Below are positions 8,346 to 18,346 of a stretch of 38,467 nt of DNA, in pieces (position 1 is the stretch's first letter; every line of letters begins with the position of its first letter). The stretch comes from Kofleriaceae bacterium. Lineage in GTDB: Bacteria; Myxococcota_A; Polyangia; Haliangiales; Haliangiaceae. Under the pieces are notes generated by a model. The model was not told the DNA's origin. It ran no database searches and saw only the letters and a list, made by a program, of their open reading frames with translations. The stretch is from positions 1 to 38,467 of the forward strand of contig JBKJLC010000127.1 in NCBI GenBank assembly GCA_046597055.1, given 5' to 3'. The position numbers and the translations under genes were made by a program.

Positions 8346-9100
8346 TTCATCACCTGCCCGCCGTCGATCACCAGGGTCTGGCCGTGGAACCCGCGCGCCT
8401 CGTCGGTGCACAGCATCGCGACCGCGGCCGCGACCTCGCTCGGCTCGATCAAGCGCCGCTGCGGCGACATGTTCTCGAGCGCGGCCCGCGCCACGCCGGC
8501 CTCCCGCCCGGTCCGCGCCGCGATCCGGGCCACCGCCTCCTCGACCATCCGGGTCGCGACCCAGCCCGGGCACACCGCATTGATCGTGACGCCGGTGCGA
8601 CCGAGGTCGATCGCGAGGGCCCGGGTCATGCCGACCACCGCGTGCTTGGCCGCGCAGTAGGCGGCGGTGTAGCCGTAGCCGGTCAGGCCCGCGTTGGACG
8701 CGATCGAGATCACGCGACCCCAGCCGGCCGCGACCATCGCTGGCGTGAACGCGCGCGCGAGCCGGAACGGCGCGGTCGCGTTGAGCTCCATCATGCGGTC
8801 CCACATCGCGTCGCTGGTCTCGGCCAGCGGCGCGCTCTCGGCAAGCCCGGCGTTGTTGACCAGCACGTCGACCCGTCCGATCGCGCGGACCGCCTCGACC
8901 AGGGCATCGGTGCCGGCGCGGTCGCCCAGATCGGCGACCAGGGCGTGCCCGCCGGTGCGCGCGGCGACCTCATCGATCTCGGCGCGGGTCCGGCCGGTGA
9001 CGATCACCCGCAGCCCGGCCTCGGCCAGCCGCGTGGCGATCGCCGCGCCGATACCGCGGCCACCACCGGTGACCAGCGCCAGCTTGCCGTGAAGGCTCAT
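8342..9100 (-). CDS. SDR family NAD(P)-dependent oxidoreductase
   Basis: TGGGRGIG, NNAG, YCAAK (YxxxK), NAVCPG. Confidence 0.93.
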   Translation of the reverse strand: MSLHGKLALVTGGGRGIGAAIATRLAEAGLRVIVTGRTRAEIDEVAARTGGHALVADLGDRAGTDALVEAVRAIGRVDVLVNNAGLAESAPLAETSDAMWDRMMELNATAPFRLARAFTPAMVAAGWGRVISIASNAGLTGYGYTAAYCAAKHAVVGMTRALAIDLGRTGVTINAVCPGWVATRMVEEAVARIAARTGREAGVARAALENMSPQRRLIEPSEVAAAVAMLCTDEARGFHGQTLVIDGGQVMK

Positions 9101-9145
9101 CGGTCGGGTCTACCACGCCGCCTCCGCGTCAGCTGGCGCGAGCGG

Positions 9146-10090
9146 TCACGGCGGCACGGCGCCGGCGTCGTCGGCCGCGACGCTGTGCGCGGCCGCGGCC
9201 AGCATGCCGCACAGGCGCAGCGCTCGGTCGTTGCCGGCCGGGTTGGCGAACCCGCTGAGCCGGCCGCCGCGGCGGCGCATCGCCTCGCGCAGGCAGGCCC
9301 GGGTCACGCCCAGGTCGGCGACGATGCGGGCCAGCTCGCGGCGCACGCTGCGGCGATACGCCTGGCCGCGCAGGCCACCGGCCCCGAACAGGCCACCGCC
9401 AGCGGCCATCATGCCCAGGCTCGGCTCGACCAGGATCGCGACCCCGGTGCCGGCCGCGAGCGCGCCGACCCCGGCCAGCGTGACCAGGAGCGTCGCCATG
9501 CGGCCGCCGAGCAGGGTGAGGCGCTGGCTCAGCTCGAGCGCCAACGGGCGCGGCAACACATCGAGCTCGCGCCGGTCGAGCGCGACGTCGTCGAGGAACC
9601 GCACGGTCAGCGCCTCCGACAGGTCGAAGCAGCGACCGTCGAGCACCTCGAACGACTCGAGGTAGTGCATCGGATCCGCGCGCAGCTCGTTGACCAGCGC
9701 GCCGGCGGTGGCGCGGCGGCGGGCCGGGCTCTCGAGGGCGGCGTCGGCCAGGAGATCGAACACGAACGGCGGCAAGATCGGCCGGTGGGCCTCGCGATAG
9801 GCGGCGCCGGCCATGAGGTCGAGCTGGGCTCGCTCGCGCCAGCGCGCGACCTGCCGGGTGCCCGCGAACCGGTCGAGCCGGGTGAACACCGACGCTGCGC
9901 GCGGCGTCCGCCAGGCCAGCGCCGACACCGCCCGCAGCACCGCGACCGCCACCGCCGGCTCGCTGGCGACCGCGGCCGGCAGCGCGGCGGCGTCGAGCCG
10001 GTGCATCGCCGCGTCGGCATCGTGGTCGATCACCGACCTGAGCTCGTCGAGCCACGTCGCGGCATCGAGCGGCGAGCCAGCGGGGTCCAT
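9146..10090 (-). CDS. Hypothetical membrane protein
   Basis: Long ORF with genome-like codon use; two hydrophobic segments near the C-terminus; ATG 10090 preceded by TGC-TAGGAC. Confidence 0.65.
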   Translation of the reverse strand: MDPAGSPLDAATWLDELRSVIDHDADAAMHRLDAAALPAAVASEPAVAVAVLRAVSALAWRTPRAASVFTRLDRFAGTRQVARWRERAQLDLMAGAAYREAHRPILPPFVFDLLADAALESPARRRATAGALVNELRADPMHYLESFEVLDGRCFDLSEALTVRFLDDVALDRRELDVLPRPLALELSQRLTLLGGRMATLLVTLAGVGALAAGTGVAILVEPSLGMMAAGGGLFGAGGLRGQAYRRSVRRELARIVADLGVTRACLREAMRRRGGRLSGFANPAGNDRALRLCGMLAAAAHSVAADDAGAVPP

Positions 10091-10136
10091 GACCCGTCCT
10101 AGCACGGCCCGGGGTGACGGCCCCCGGCCGCGCGCG

Positions 10137-11306
10137 CTAGGTCCCGCAGTCGACCGCGGGCATCGCGGCGATCCACGCGCGGATGAGCTCGGCGCCGCGC
10201 ACGTGAACCAGCGACCGTCCCAGGAGCGGCATCATGGCCCCGACCTCCCGGGTCTCGATCCGGAAGTAGAGGATCGACGCGTCCGGGCTGCCCGGCACGA
10301 TGTCGAACTCGAGGCCGCCGGTGCCCGCGCCGGCGCTGCCCGGACGCTTGCAGTAGCCGAGGTGGAACCGGTCGGTGTTGTCGTGGTTGAGGAACAGCTG
10401 CGAGGTGATGCCCTGCACCGCGTTCGGGTCGTGGCAGTGCGCGCAGTTGATGTCGAGGTACCCGCGCGCCGCCCGGTCGAGCTCGCCCGGCGCGATCGCG
10501 GCGACGCCGCCAGCCTCGAGCGGCCGGAGGTCGTGGGTGGCCGGGATCGACGCGACCTCGGGACTGCCGGTGAGCAGCCCGAGCGTGGTCATGTGCGCGA
10601 GCTGATTGACCGCCGCACCGCCGTAGTCGCCATCGCGATTGAGGTGGCGCGCCTTCAGCCCGATCGGCACCACCGTGGCCGCCGCGGTCGCGGTCGCCTT
10701 GCGCGCGTGACAGGTCTCGCACTGGTTGCGCTGCGGCACCAGGTAGCTCGCCGATTGCGCCTGGCCGGTCTCGTCGACGAAGCTGATCGGCCGGACCTCG
10801 CCGGCCGGCGACAGCACCGCGTCGCTCTGGGCGGCGTCCCAGATGTACGGCAGCGGGTGCCAGCCGTCGTCGTGGCGGACCAGGAGTCGGGTCTCGATCA
10901 GCGTCACGTCCTCGGTCGGTGCCCGCAGGTCGGCCGGGAACGCGAAGTTCTTCACGATGATCGAGCCGACCGGCAGCTCGAACGCCTGGTCGGGATCGAA
11001 GGTCATCGCCCCGCCGGGCGGCACGTAGATCGCCCGGTGCTTGACCGCATAGTCCGAGAACAGCGCGGCGTTGAGATCGTAGGGCACGACCCGATCTCCG
11101 ACCGGGTTGAACGTGAAGCCGGTCGCCGGATCCCAGGCGAACAGGTTGTACGCGGACAGCCGCGCCGGCGGAGGCGCCGTGAGATCGACCGTCACCGGGC
11201 GGGTCAGGTCGACGCCACCCGCCGCGTCATCGCCGCCGCACGCCGCGACCGGCGGCACCGCCAGCGTGGCCACGGTGACGACCTCGAGCCACCAGGTGGT
11301 GCGCAT
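10137..11306 (-). CDS. SO2930-family diheme c-type cytochrome lipoprotein
   Basis: PPVAAC lipobox-like; YDLNAALFSDYAVKHR, PVGSIIVKNF, IETRLL; heme motifs CETCH and CAHCH; MMPLLGRSLVH. Confidence 0.9.
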   Translation of the reverse strand: MRTTWWLEVVTVATLAVPPVAACGGDDAAGGVDLTRPVTVDLTAPPPARLSAYNLFAWDPATGFTFNPVGDRVVPYDLNAALFSDYAVKHRAIYVPPGGAMTFDPDQAFELPVGSIIVKNFAFPADLRAPTEDVTLIETRLLVRHDDGWHPLPYIWDAAQSDAVLSPAGEVRPISFVDETGQAQSASYLVPQRNQCETCHARKATATAAATVVPIGLKARHLNRDGDYGGAAVNQLAHMTTLGLLTGSPEVASIPATHDLRPLEAGGVAAIAPGELDRAARGYLDINCAHCHDPNAVQGITSQLFLNHDNTDRFHLGYCKRPGSAGAGTGGLEFDIVPGSPDASILYFRIETREVGAMMPLLGRSLVHVRGAELIRAWIAAMPAVDCGT

Positions 11307-11311
11307 CGGCG

Positions 11312-12685
11312 CTACGGCAGCACGACGTCGGCGATCGGACCGCCCGCGAGCGCGGTGCAGTCGAACGGGGCGAACGGCGCCGCCGGCCGGAAGAACGGGA
11401 TGAGGTTGTCGGCCGACTGGACCGCGAGCTGCATGTTGGCGAAGGTGCCGCCGAGGTTGGCGCCGACGCAGATGCGGTTGTCGTTGCTGTTCATCGCCGG
11501 GTCGGACGAGTGGAAGCTGGTCTCGCCGATGGTGTCGTAGAGGACGCTGTCGATCGGCGCGAGGCCGTAGGCCAGGCGGAGCAGGATGCCGAGCTGCAGC
11601 GGGTCGGAGACGTCGGACTCCGTGCCCGAGCCGGTGTGGGTGTTGTTAGCGATCAGGATGTTCTCGCTGCGGAAGTTGGTGACGGTGCCCGCGGCGCCCG
11701 GCAGCAGCCCGAGATCGGCGTGATCCCCGACCAGCTCGGCGTTGTCGATCTCCCACATCGTCGCGTCGCTCTCGATCGCCAGGCCGCTGATCAGCGCGAT
11801 GTCGACAGTGCCGTTGTTCGCGTAGGTGTTGCCGGTGATCTCGACCCGGCGCGACGCCATCGCGAAGGTGCCGGTGCCCACCGGGATCTTCTGCACGGTG
11901 CCGCCCGGCGCGAAGTTGCGGTGGTTGTTGTTCCGGATCGTGTTGTTGCGGATGCGCACGTCGCGGCCGACGATCGGGTTGCCGGGCAGATCGAACACCA
12001 CCAGGCCGCCGGTGTTGTTCTCGGCGGTGTTGCCGTACACGTCGGCGTACTGGGTGTTCTCGATCTCGAGGCCGGCGACGTTGCCACTGACGACGTTGTT
12101 GCGGACGATGACGTGCTGGCACTGGCCGACGTAGAGCCCGGCGTCGGAGGCGTTCTCGGCCCGGCTGTCCTCGACCAGCACGTTCGTCGACTTCACTGGA
12201 TAGATGCCGTACGCGCCGTTGGTGGTGTCACCGGGCGTGGTCCAGGTCGCGCGGATCCGTCGGAACACGACGCCGTCGCTGGCCTCGACCCGGATGCCGT
12301 CCTTGGGCGCGTCGGTGACGGTGAGGTCCTGGACCAAGAAGTCATCGCCCACCACGTCGACGCCGTTCACCTGCGCGGTCGAGCTGCCGTAGTCGAGCGT
12401 CGTCTTGTCGATGCCCTGGCCGATGAGGTGGGTGCCGGCGGTGCGGATCGTCAGCGCGTTCGTCATCTCGAACGTTCCGGCGCCGAGGATGATCGTCGTG
12501 CCCGCCCCGATCGAGTTGACCGTCGTCTGCAGCGCGGCGGCGTCGCCGCCGGCGACCTGCACGCAGGTGGTGGTCACGTCCGCACACGAGTTGGTGGCGA
12601 AGTCGTCATCGCCACCACAGGCGACGACCGACGCAAGCAGCAGGACGCAGACCGCAGAAACTCCGAACCGGCGAAGCGATGACAT
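11312..12685 (-). CDS. Parallel beta-helix repeat lipoprotein (usual partner of SO2930-type cytochrome)
   Basis: SVVAC lipobox; [40 protein letters not shown]. Confidence 0.9.
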   Translation of the reverse strand: MSSLRRFGVSAVCVLLLASVVACGGDDDFATNSCADVTTTCVQVAGGDAAALQTTVNSIGAGTTIILGAGTFEMTNALTIRTAGTHLIGQGIDKTTLDYGSSTAQVNGVDVVGDDFLVQDLTVTDAPKDGIRVEASDGVVFRRIRATWTTPGDTTNGAYGIYPVKSTNVLVEDSRAENASDAGLYVGQCQHVIVRNNVVSGNVAGLEIENTQYADVYGNTAENNTGGLVVFDLPGNPIVGRDVRIRNNTIRNNNHRNFAPGGTVQKIPVGTGTFAMASRRVEITGNTYANNGTVDIALISGLAIESDATMWEIDNAELVGDHADLGLLPGAAGTVTNFRSENILIANNTHTGSGTESDVSDPLQLGILLRLAYGLAPIDSVLYDTIGETSFHSSDPAMNSNDNRICVGANLGGTFANMQLAVQSADNLIPFFRPAAPFAPFDCTALAGGPIADVVLP

Positions 12686-12770
12686 GGAACCCCCCAGGTG
12701 AAAGGCGCCGAACGTCGCTCGTCGGGGCCCCCTGGGTCAACGTCGCAACTTCACCCACGATTAGTCCTTA

Positions 12771-12799
12771 TTGACGCATCGCGCCATGACCGGTACACC
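12771..12799 (+). promoter_or_regulatory. Sigma70-type promoter, probably giving a leaderless mRNA
   Basis: TTGACG-17 nt-TACACC, 6 nt before ATG 12806. Confidence 0.55.
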
Positions 12800-12805
12800 C
12801 GAAGG

Positions 12806-13789
<984 letters not shown>

Positions 13790-13911
13790 CTCGCCGCCCG
13801 CGGCCGCGCGAGGGTTGATCCGGGCGGACTCGGTGCTGCGGCTTCGCGCCGATCGATGGCGGCGGCGCCAGAGGGCTGGTCCCGCTCCTCGACCTGCGCG
13901 AAGATGATGCG

Positions 13912-14499
13912 GTGAGCCACCCCCCCGACGGCCGCGATCCGCCCACACCTCTCGGCCCCGACCTGTGGGCCAATTTGGTGGCGATCGATCGCGCGCTGAC
14001 CGACCTGCCGGCCGACGCGGAGCTGGCCGAGAAGCTCGAGTGGGTCGTCAACGTGATGGTGCTGCGCGGTCACCTGACCGAGGGCCACCGCAAGATCCTG
14101 CGCCACGTCCACGCACCCACCAGCCGCGCGCAGCTGTCGTCGATCGACGACAAGCACGCGGTCGGCGGCGCCGAGATCGACTGCGACAGCTTGATACACC
14201 TGTGCCTGGGCCGGTGCTGCACGTTCAAGGTCGACATCTCGCGCGCCGATGTCGCGGAGGGCAAGCTGCGCTGGGACATCGACGAGCCGTACGTGCTGCC
14301 GCGCACCGCCAACGGCTACTGCGCGAACGTCGACGACGACGCCCGCTGCCGCGTGTACGACGACCGGCCCGGCGTGTGCCGCGTCTACGACTGCCGGGGC
14401 GACGAGCGGGTGTGGCTCGACTTCGACGCGCGCATCCCGGCGCCGCTGTCGCCGCGGGTCGTGCCGCTCGAGCGCCTGCGCCGGCGCGGCCCGATCTGA
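13912..14499 (+). CDS. YkgJ-family cysteine cluster protein
   Basis: CxxxCC (CLGRCC) ... GYC ... CRVYDDRPGVCRVYDC. Confidence 0.85.
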   Translation: MSHPPDGRDPPTPLGPDLWANLVAIDRALTDLPADAELAEKLEWVVNVMVLRGHLTEGHRKILRHVHAPTSRAQLSSIDDKHAVGGAEIDCDSLIHLCLGRCCTFKVDISRADVAEGKLRWDIDEPYVLPRTANGYCANVDDDARCRVYDDRPGVCRVYDCRGDERVWLDFDARIPAPLSPRVVPLERLRRRGPI

Positions 14500-14594
14500 C
14501 CGGCCTCGGCGCGCCCGGCTCGGGTCGCCCCGCGCCGGCGGTCCTGCGCCCGCGCGCATGCGAGCTCGGTGTCGAAGGGCCCCCTCGGGCTTGA

Positions 14595-14822
14595 TCACAA
14601 GTCTTCATGTGATCGGAAGTGCGCACCCTTTCCCGGTGGCCCTGAGCCGGCGCCGCAGGCGCCGTGTCGAAGGGCAGAGCGCCAAGGTGCCGCACGTGAT
14701 CTTCGACGGGTTACCCTTCGACGGCGGGCTCGCTTGGGTTCGCCTTGGCTCAGGGACACCGGAGAAGATGTGCGGGATTCTGAGGGCAGACCTCAGGATT
14801 GTCACAAGTCTCCATGCGATCG
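14595..14822. repeat. Palindromic REP/MITE-like element flanked by imperfect 21-bp direct repeats
   Basis: TCACAAGTCTTCATGTGATCG (14595) vs TCACAAGTCTCCATGCGATCG (14802), 19/21; internal inverted repeats CCGGTGGCCCTGAGCC (14633)/GGCTCAGGGACACCGG (14747) and GTCGAAGGG (14666)/CCCTTCGAC (14714). Confidence 0.6.
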
Positions 14823-15065
14823 ACCGCGAGGTTGAGCTCGATGACCGGGGTCGGCGCGATCGCGAACAGCGCCCGGTACAGCGCCGCGATCTGGGCCCAG
14901 TCGCTGGCCTCGGCGCGCGCGGCCCGGGCGTGGACCGCGGCGATCGCGGCCTGCAGCGCGTAGGGCCCGATCCGACCGGCGCGCAGCGCGGGCTCGACCG
15001 TGGAGCAGCATCAGCGCCAGCAAGGCGCCGGCCTGGTGCCTCCCCGGGATGAGCGCGTCGAGCAG
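14812..15065 (-). pseudogene. Fragment of ECF42-like sigma factor C-terminal (DUF6596/TPR) extension
   Basis: LLDALIPGRHQAGALLALMLLH, frameshift/deletion at ~14999, then VEPALRAGRIGPYALQAAIAAVHARAARAEASDWAQIAALYRALFAIAPTPVIELNLAV; no sigma2/sigma4 regions. Confidence 0.75.
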
Positions 15066-15162
15066 CCCAGGCGTGACATGTCCCGCCCACACCTGAGGCC
15101 CTGAACCCCGCGGCGTGACCGAGTCCGCCTCACGATTTCAGCATGTTGGCCGTGTATGACAC

Positions 15163-15178
15163 TGGCGCAATGTATGCA
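15163..15178 (+). promoter_or_regulatory. Possible sigma54 promoter
   Basis: TGGCGCA-ATGT-ATGCA (GG-N10-GC) in an AT-richer patch upstream of 15193. Confidence 0.45.
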
Positions 15179-15192
15179 GAGTTACACCCGTC

Positions 15193-15561
15193 ATGCAGTC
15201 AGTGGTCACTCGCGACGCCCCGTCGGCCAGCCAACGGCTCGCTCCCGAGGTCCTCACCTACGTTGCAGGGGCAGTCATCGTACTCAACCTGGTCGATGCA
15301 CTCTGGACGCTGACCTACATCGAGGCCGGCGTCGCCCGCGAGTCGAACCCGCTGATGGAGAAGGCGCTGGCGTTCGGCCCGATCGCCTTCGTCCTCGCCA
15401 AGCTCGCACTGGTCTCGCTGTCGGTGCTGCTGCTGTGGCGGCTGCGCGAGCGCCGCAGCGCCGCGGTGGCCCTGTGGAGCGGCGCCATGACCTACACGGC
15501 CATCGCCTGCTACCACCTCGGCAACGTCCACCAGCTTGCCGTGCTCACCGCCGCTCGGTGA
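15193..15561 (+). CDS. DUF5658-like membrane protein
   Basis: LNLVDALWT..GVARESNPLM motif, FVLAKL, three hydrophobic segments. Confidence 0.8.
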   Translation: MQSVVTRDAPSASQRLAPEVLTYVAGAVIVLNLVDALWTLTYIEAGVARESNPLMEKALAFGPIAFVLAKLALVSLSVLLLWRLRERRSAAVALWSGAMTYTAIACYHLGNVHQLAVLTAAR

Positions 15562-15615
15562 CCCTGCCCCCCCCCGCGCGGGGCTCGCTGCCCGGCAGCG
15601 AGCTCGCGACCCGGT

Positions 15616-16488
15616 CTACTTCGACCCGGAGATGATCGCGTCGACCGCGTCCTTGTTGTCGTTGAGGCCGGGCCCGGTGCCCTCCTTCTCCTTGATCACC
15701 TCCATGAGCTGATCCTTGCCCTTCTTGGCCGGCGCGTTGGCGATCCGGACCTCGGTGATGGCCTTGACCATCGACGGCTGCTGGATCAACAACCCGAACG
15801 CACCGTAGAACGCCATGCGATCGACCGCCTGGACCTCGAACTCGGCGGTCTTCCAGCTCTCGCGGCTCGCCTCGATCTTGCCCTTGCCGTAGCGGGCCTC
15901 CATCAGCTTGCGGAAGAACTCGAAGTTGCGCTGGTCCTCGTTGAGCTGCTTGGTGTCGATCGCGACGAACATCTTCCAGAGCTTGCCCTCGAAGAAGAAG
16001 AAGAACCGGCGCTGGTTCTTGCCGCCCGCGTTCTCCCAGAACACCAGCATCGCCTCGCCGGTGTTGTGCGCGAACTCCTCGTCGATCAGCGACACGTCCC
16101 AGCCGGTCTTGGCGCCCTTGAACTCGGCGAACGACGACTTGATGCGCGCGACCTCCTTGGACTTCTCCTTGCGCAGCTTGTCCTGCGCGTAGACGTCGCT
16201 GGTCGCACTGATCTGCTCGGTGTAACGCTCCTCGATCTGCTTGCCGAGGGTGGAGACGACCTCGTCCTTCGACATGCCGAAGGTGAAGGCGCCCATCAGC
16301 TCGCCGAGCGCCTTCTTCTGATCGGCGTTGGGCGGCGTGACCTTCGCTGCCTTCTTGGGAGCGGGCTTCTTCTTCGCGGTCGCGGCCGCCTTCTTCTTGG
16401 GCGCCCTGGCGGAGGCATCGCCGGCGCCGGCACCGAGAACAAACGCGCACGCCAGTGCGAGGGACGAGAGCAGACGGGTACGTGACAT
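15616..16488 (-). CDS. Exported hypothetical protein with Lys/Ala-rich N-terminus
   Basis: GGAGG SD; signal peptide MSRTRLLSSLALACAFVLGAGAGDASA; strongly biased codons. Confidence 0.85.
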   Translation of the reverse strand: MSRTRLLSSLALACAFVLGAGAGDASARAPKKKAAATAKKKPAPKKAAKVTPPNADQKKALGELMGAFTFGMSKDEVVSTLGKQIEERYTEQISATSDVYAQDKLRKEKSKEVARIKSSFAEFKGAKTGWDVSLIDEEFAHNTGEAMLVFWENAGGKNQRRFFFFFEGKLWKMFVAIDTKQLNEDQRNFEFFRKLMEARYGKGKIEASRESWKTAEFEVQAVDRMAFYGAFGLLIQQPSMVKAITEVRIANAPAKKGKDQLMEVIKEKEGTGPGLNDNKDAVDAIISGSK

Positions 16489-16600
16489 GGAGCCTCCGGC
16501 GGCGAGTCTAACCGCACGATCTGGGGGGTTCAAGGAAGACGGCCGACCACGCCGGGAGATTCAAGCCGGCAGGATCCGTGGCCCGCGGGCCAGGTCATAC

Positions 16601-16765
16601 ATGTGCGCGAGCGAGCTCGCCACGCTGCTCGACCGCATGCGCGACCCGCGCGTCCGCGGGTGCCAGGCCTGCTGGACCGTGCGTCGCGGCTTCGTCGAGG
16701 CCCTCGGCGACGGCGGGTCGGCCCATGGCTGGACCGATCTGGCGAGCCGCATGCGCTCGTACTGA
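16601..16765 (+). CDS. Small hypothetical CxxC protein (54 aa)
   Basis: MCASELATLLDRMRDPRVRGCQACW...; only 3 of 54 codons end in A/T. Confidence 0.5.
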   Translation: MCASELATLLDRMRDPRVRGCQACWTVRRGFVEALGDGGSAHGWTDLASRMRSY

Positions 16766-16906
16766 CCCAGTCGAGCGGACCGCGGCGCGCGGTCGCAGCA
16801 CCACGACGGGACCGCGCGGTGGGCGCGAGCGACCCGATCGGCGTGCGCACCGGGCCGTCATGGTCAAAAAGTTGGCGCCGCCGTGACGCCGTGCGACGGA
16901 TTCCAC

Positions 16907-17728
16907 ATGCAGACGATCGCCGTAGCGAACCGCAAGGGTGGAGTCGGCAAATCCTCGGTCGCGACCCACCTGGCCGCCGCGCTGGGGATCCGCGGCGCCA
17001 CCGTGCTCGTGATCGACATGGACTCGCAGGCCAGCACCACCGCGATGCTGCTCGAGGACCTCGAGGACGACGCGCCGACCACGACCCAGCTGCTGCTGGG
17101 CGAGGCCCGCCTGGCCGACATCATCCGGCCGTCGACCCGCGACGGCGTGCTGATCGCGCCGGCGTGCAGCGAGCTGACCCGCGCGCAGTTCGCCATCGCC
17201 GGACGGACCGGCCGCGAGACGATCCTGCGCCGCGCGATGCGCGAGCTGACCGGCATCGACGTCGTCGTGATCGACACCGCGCCCGAGCTGCAGCTGGCCA
17301 CGCTCAACGCGCTGGTCGCGGCGACCCACGTGCTGATGCCGTTCACGCCCGACCCGAAGGCGCTGCAGGGGCTCGAGACCACCAGCGAGGCGGTCGCCGA
17401 GATCGTCGCTGCCGAGCTCGGCCATCCCGAGATCCTCGGGTGTGTCCAGGTCGCCTACGACCGACGGCTGTCGGTGACCGAGCAGTCGCGCGAGCAGGTC
17501 GCGGCCGCCTACGGCGCCGCGCTGTTCGAGACCCGGATTCGCGCCAACAGCAGCTTCATCGTGTGCCCGGCGTGGCACCGCGACATCTTCGCGATGGAGC
17601 GTCAGGATCGGCAGCGCGGTCGTGGTTCCGAGGACTTCCTTGCCCTCGCCGACGAGGTCGCGGTCCGGCTCGGCCTGCGCACCGCAGCCGCGCACGCGGC
17701 CTCCGAATCCCACGCCGTCGCCGCCTAG
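16907..17728 (+). CDS. ParA/Soj-family ATPase (orphan)
   Basis: Deviant Walker A NRKGGVGKSS, VLVIDMDSQAS, Walker B VVVIDTAP, NALVAATHVLMP. Confidence 0.92.
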   Translation: MQTIAVANRKGGVGKSSVATHLAAALGIRGATVLVIDMDSQASTTAMLLEDLEDDAPTTTQLLLGEARLADIIRPSTRDGVLIAPACSELTRAQFAIAGRTGRETILRRAMRELTGIDVVVIDTAPELQLATLNALVAATHVLMPFTPDPKALQGLETTSEAVAEIVAAELGHPEILGCVQVAYDRRLSVTEQSREQVAAAYGAALFETRIRANSSFIVCPAWHRDIFAMERQDRQRGRGSEDFLALADEVAVRLGLRTAAAHAASESHAVAA

Positions 17729-17737
17729 GAGATCATC

Positions 17738-18160
17738 ATGGCCAAGCTTCCAGAGACCTTCGTGAAGGCGCCCCCGGCGGACCCGGGCGCACCGTCCAGG
17801 CCGCGCCGCGCGCGCAAGTCCAGCATCATCGCCGAGGCGCCGCGCGATCTGCGCGAGCTGCTGCTGCGGCTCGACGATGCCGAGTACCAGGCGCTCGAGG
17901 ACGCACGCGACGCGCTCCGGCGCGCGGGTGAAGACCTCACGCTCGAGCAGATGATCCACCGCGTCCTCACCGACTGGGCGTGCGCCCGCACCGCCCCGGC
18001 GACGGTGCCCACGTCGGCGGCGGCCGCCACCGCGGCCGTGCACCGGGACGAGAACTTGGTCGAGCGGCTGCGCGCGTTCGCGGCCGCACCGCTGCGCACG
18101 TGGCGCGAGCTCGGCGCCACCCTGCGGCGCATGTCCGGCTTGCCGGCGCGCGGACACTGA
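17738..18160 (+). CDS. Hypothetical ParA partner, possible ribbon-helix-helix protein
   Basis: AGGAGA SD, starts 9 nt after parA stop; basic N-tail RPRRARKS; alternating ELLLRL followed by two helices. Confidence 0.7.
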   Translation: MAKLPETFVKAPPADPGAPSRPRRARKSSIIAEAPRDLRELLLRLDDAEYQALEDARDALRRAGEDLTLEQMIHRVLTDWACARTAPATVPTSAAAATAAVHRDENLVERLRAFAAAPLRTWRELGATLRRMSGLPARGH

Positions 18161-18316
18161 CCGGCGGCGCGGCGCTCAGACGCGCGTCGCGATCAGGATG
18201 CCGCGGTCGCCACCAGCGTGCGCCTTCGCACGTAGGTGGGGTGCGCTTGCACCACAGTCCGCGCGGTCGCCTCGCGAACTGGCAGCGACCAGCGACATCT
18301 GCGTTGGTGGTCGAGC

Positions 18317-18332
18317 GGGCACGCAACGTGCA
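18317..18332 (+). promoter_or_regulatory. Possible sigma54 promoter for tspO
   Basis: GGGCACG-CAAC-GTGCA (GG-N10-GC). Confidence 0.4.
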
Positions 18333-18346
18333 CCAGGCCGACCGGC

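Noticed and set aside
14500..14592. Continuation of the ECF pseudogene beyond the repeat element (PEGAL / GRAEA-like words)
   Set aside because: Similarity too short and low-complexity to support without an alignment
14593..14822. CRISPR array or CRP site
   Set aside because: Only two imperfect repeats about 207 bp apart and no cas genes; TCACA-N8-TGTGA has the opposite half-site order and a different spacing from CRP sites
16765..16906. parS/iteron array upstream of parA
   Set aside because: No canonical parS palindrome or regular direct repeats visible
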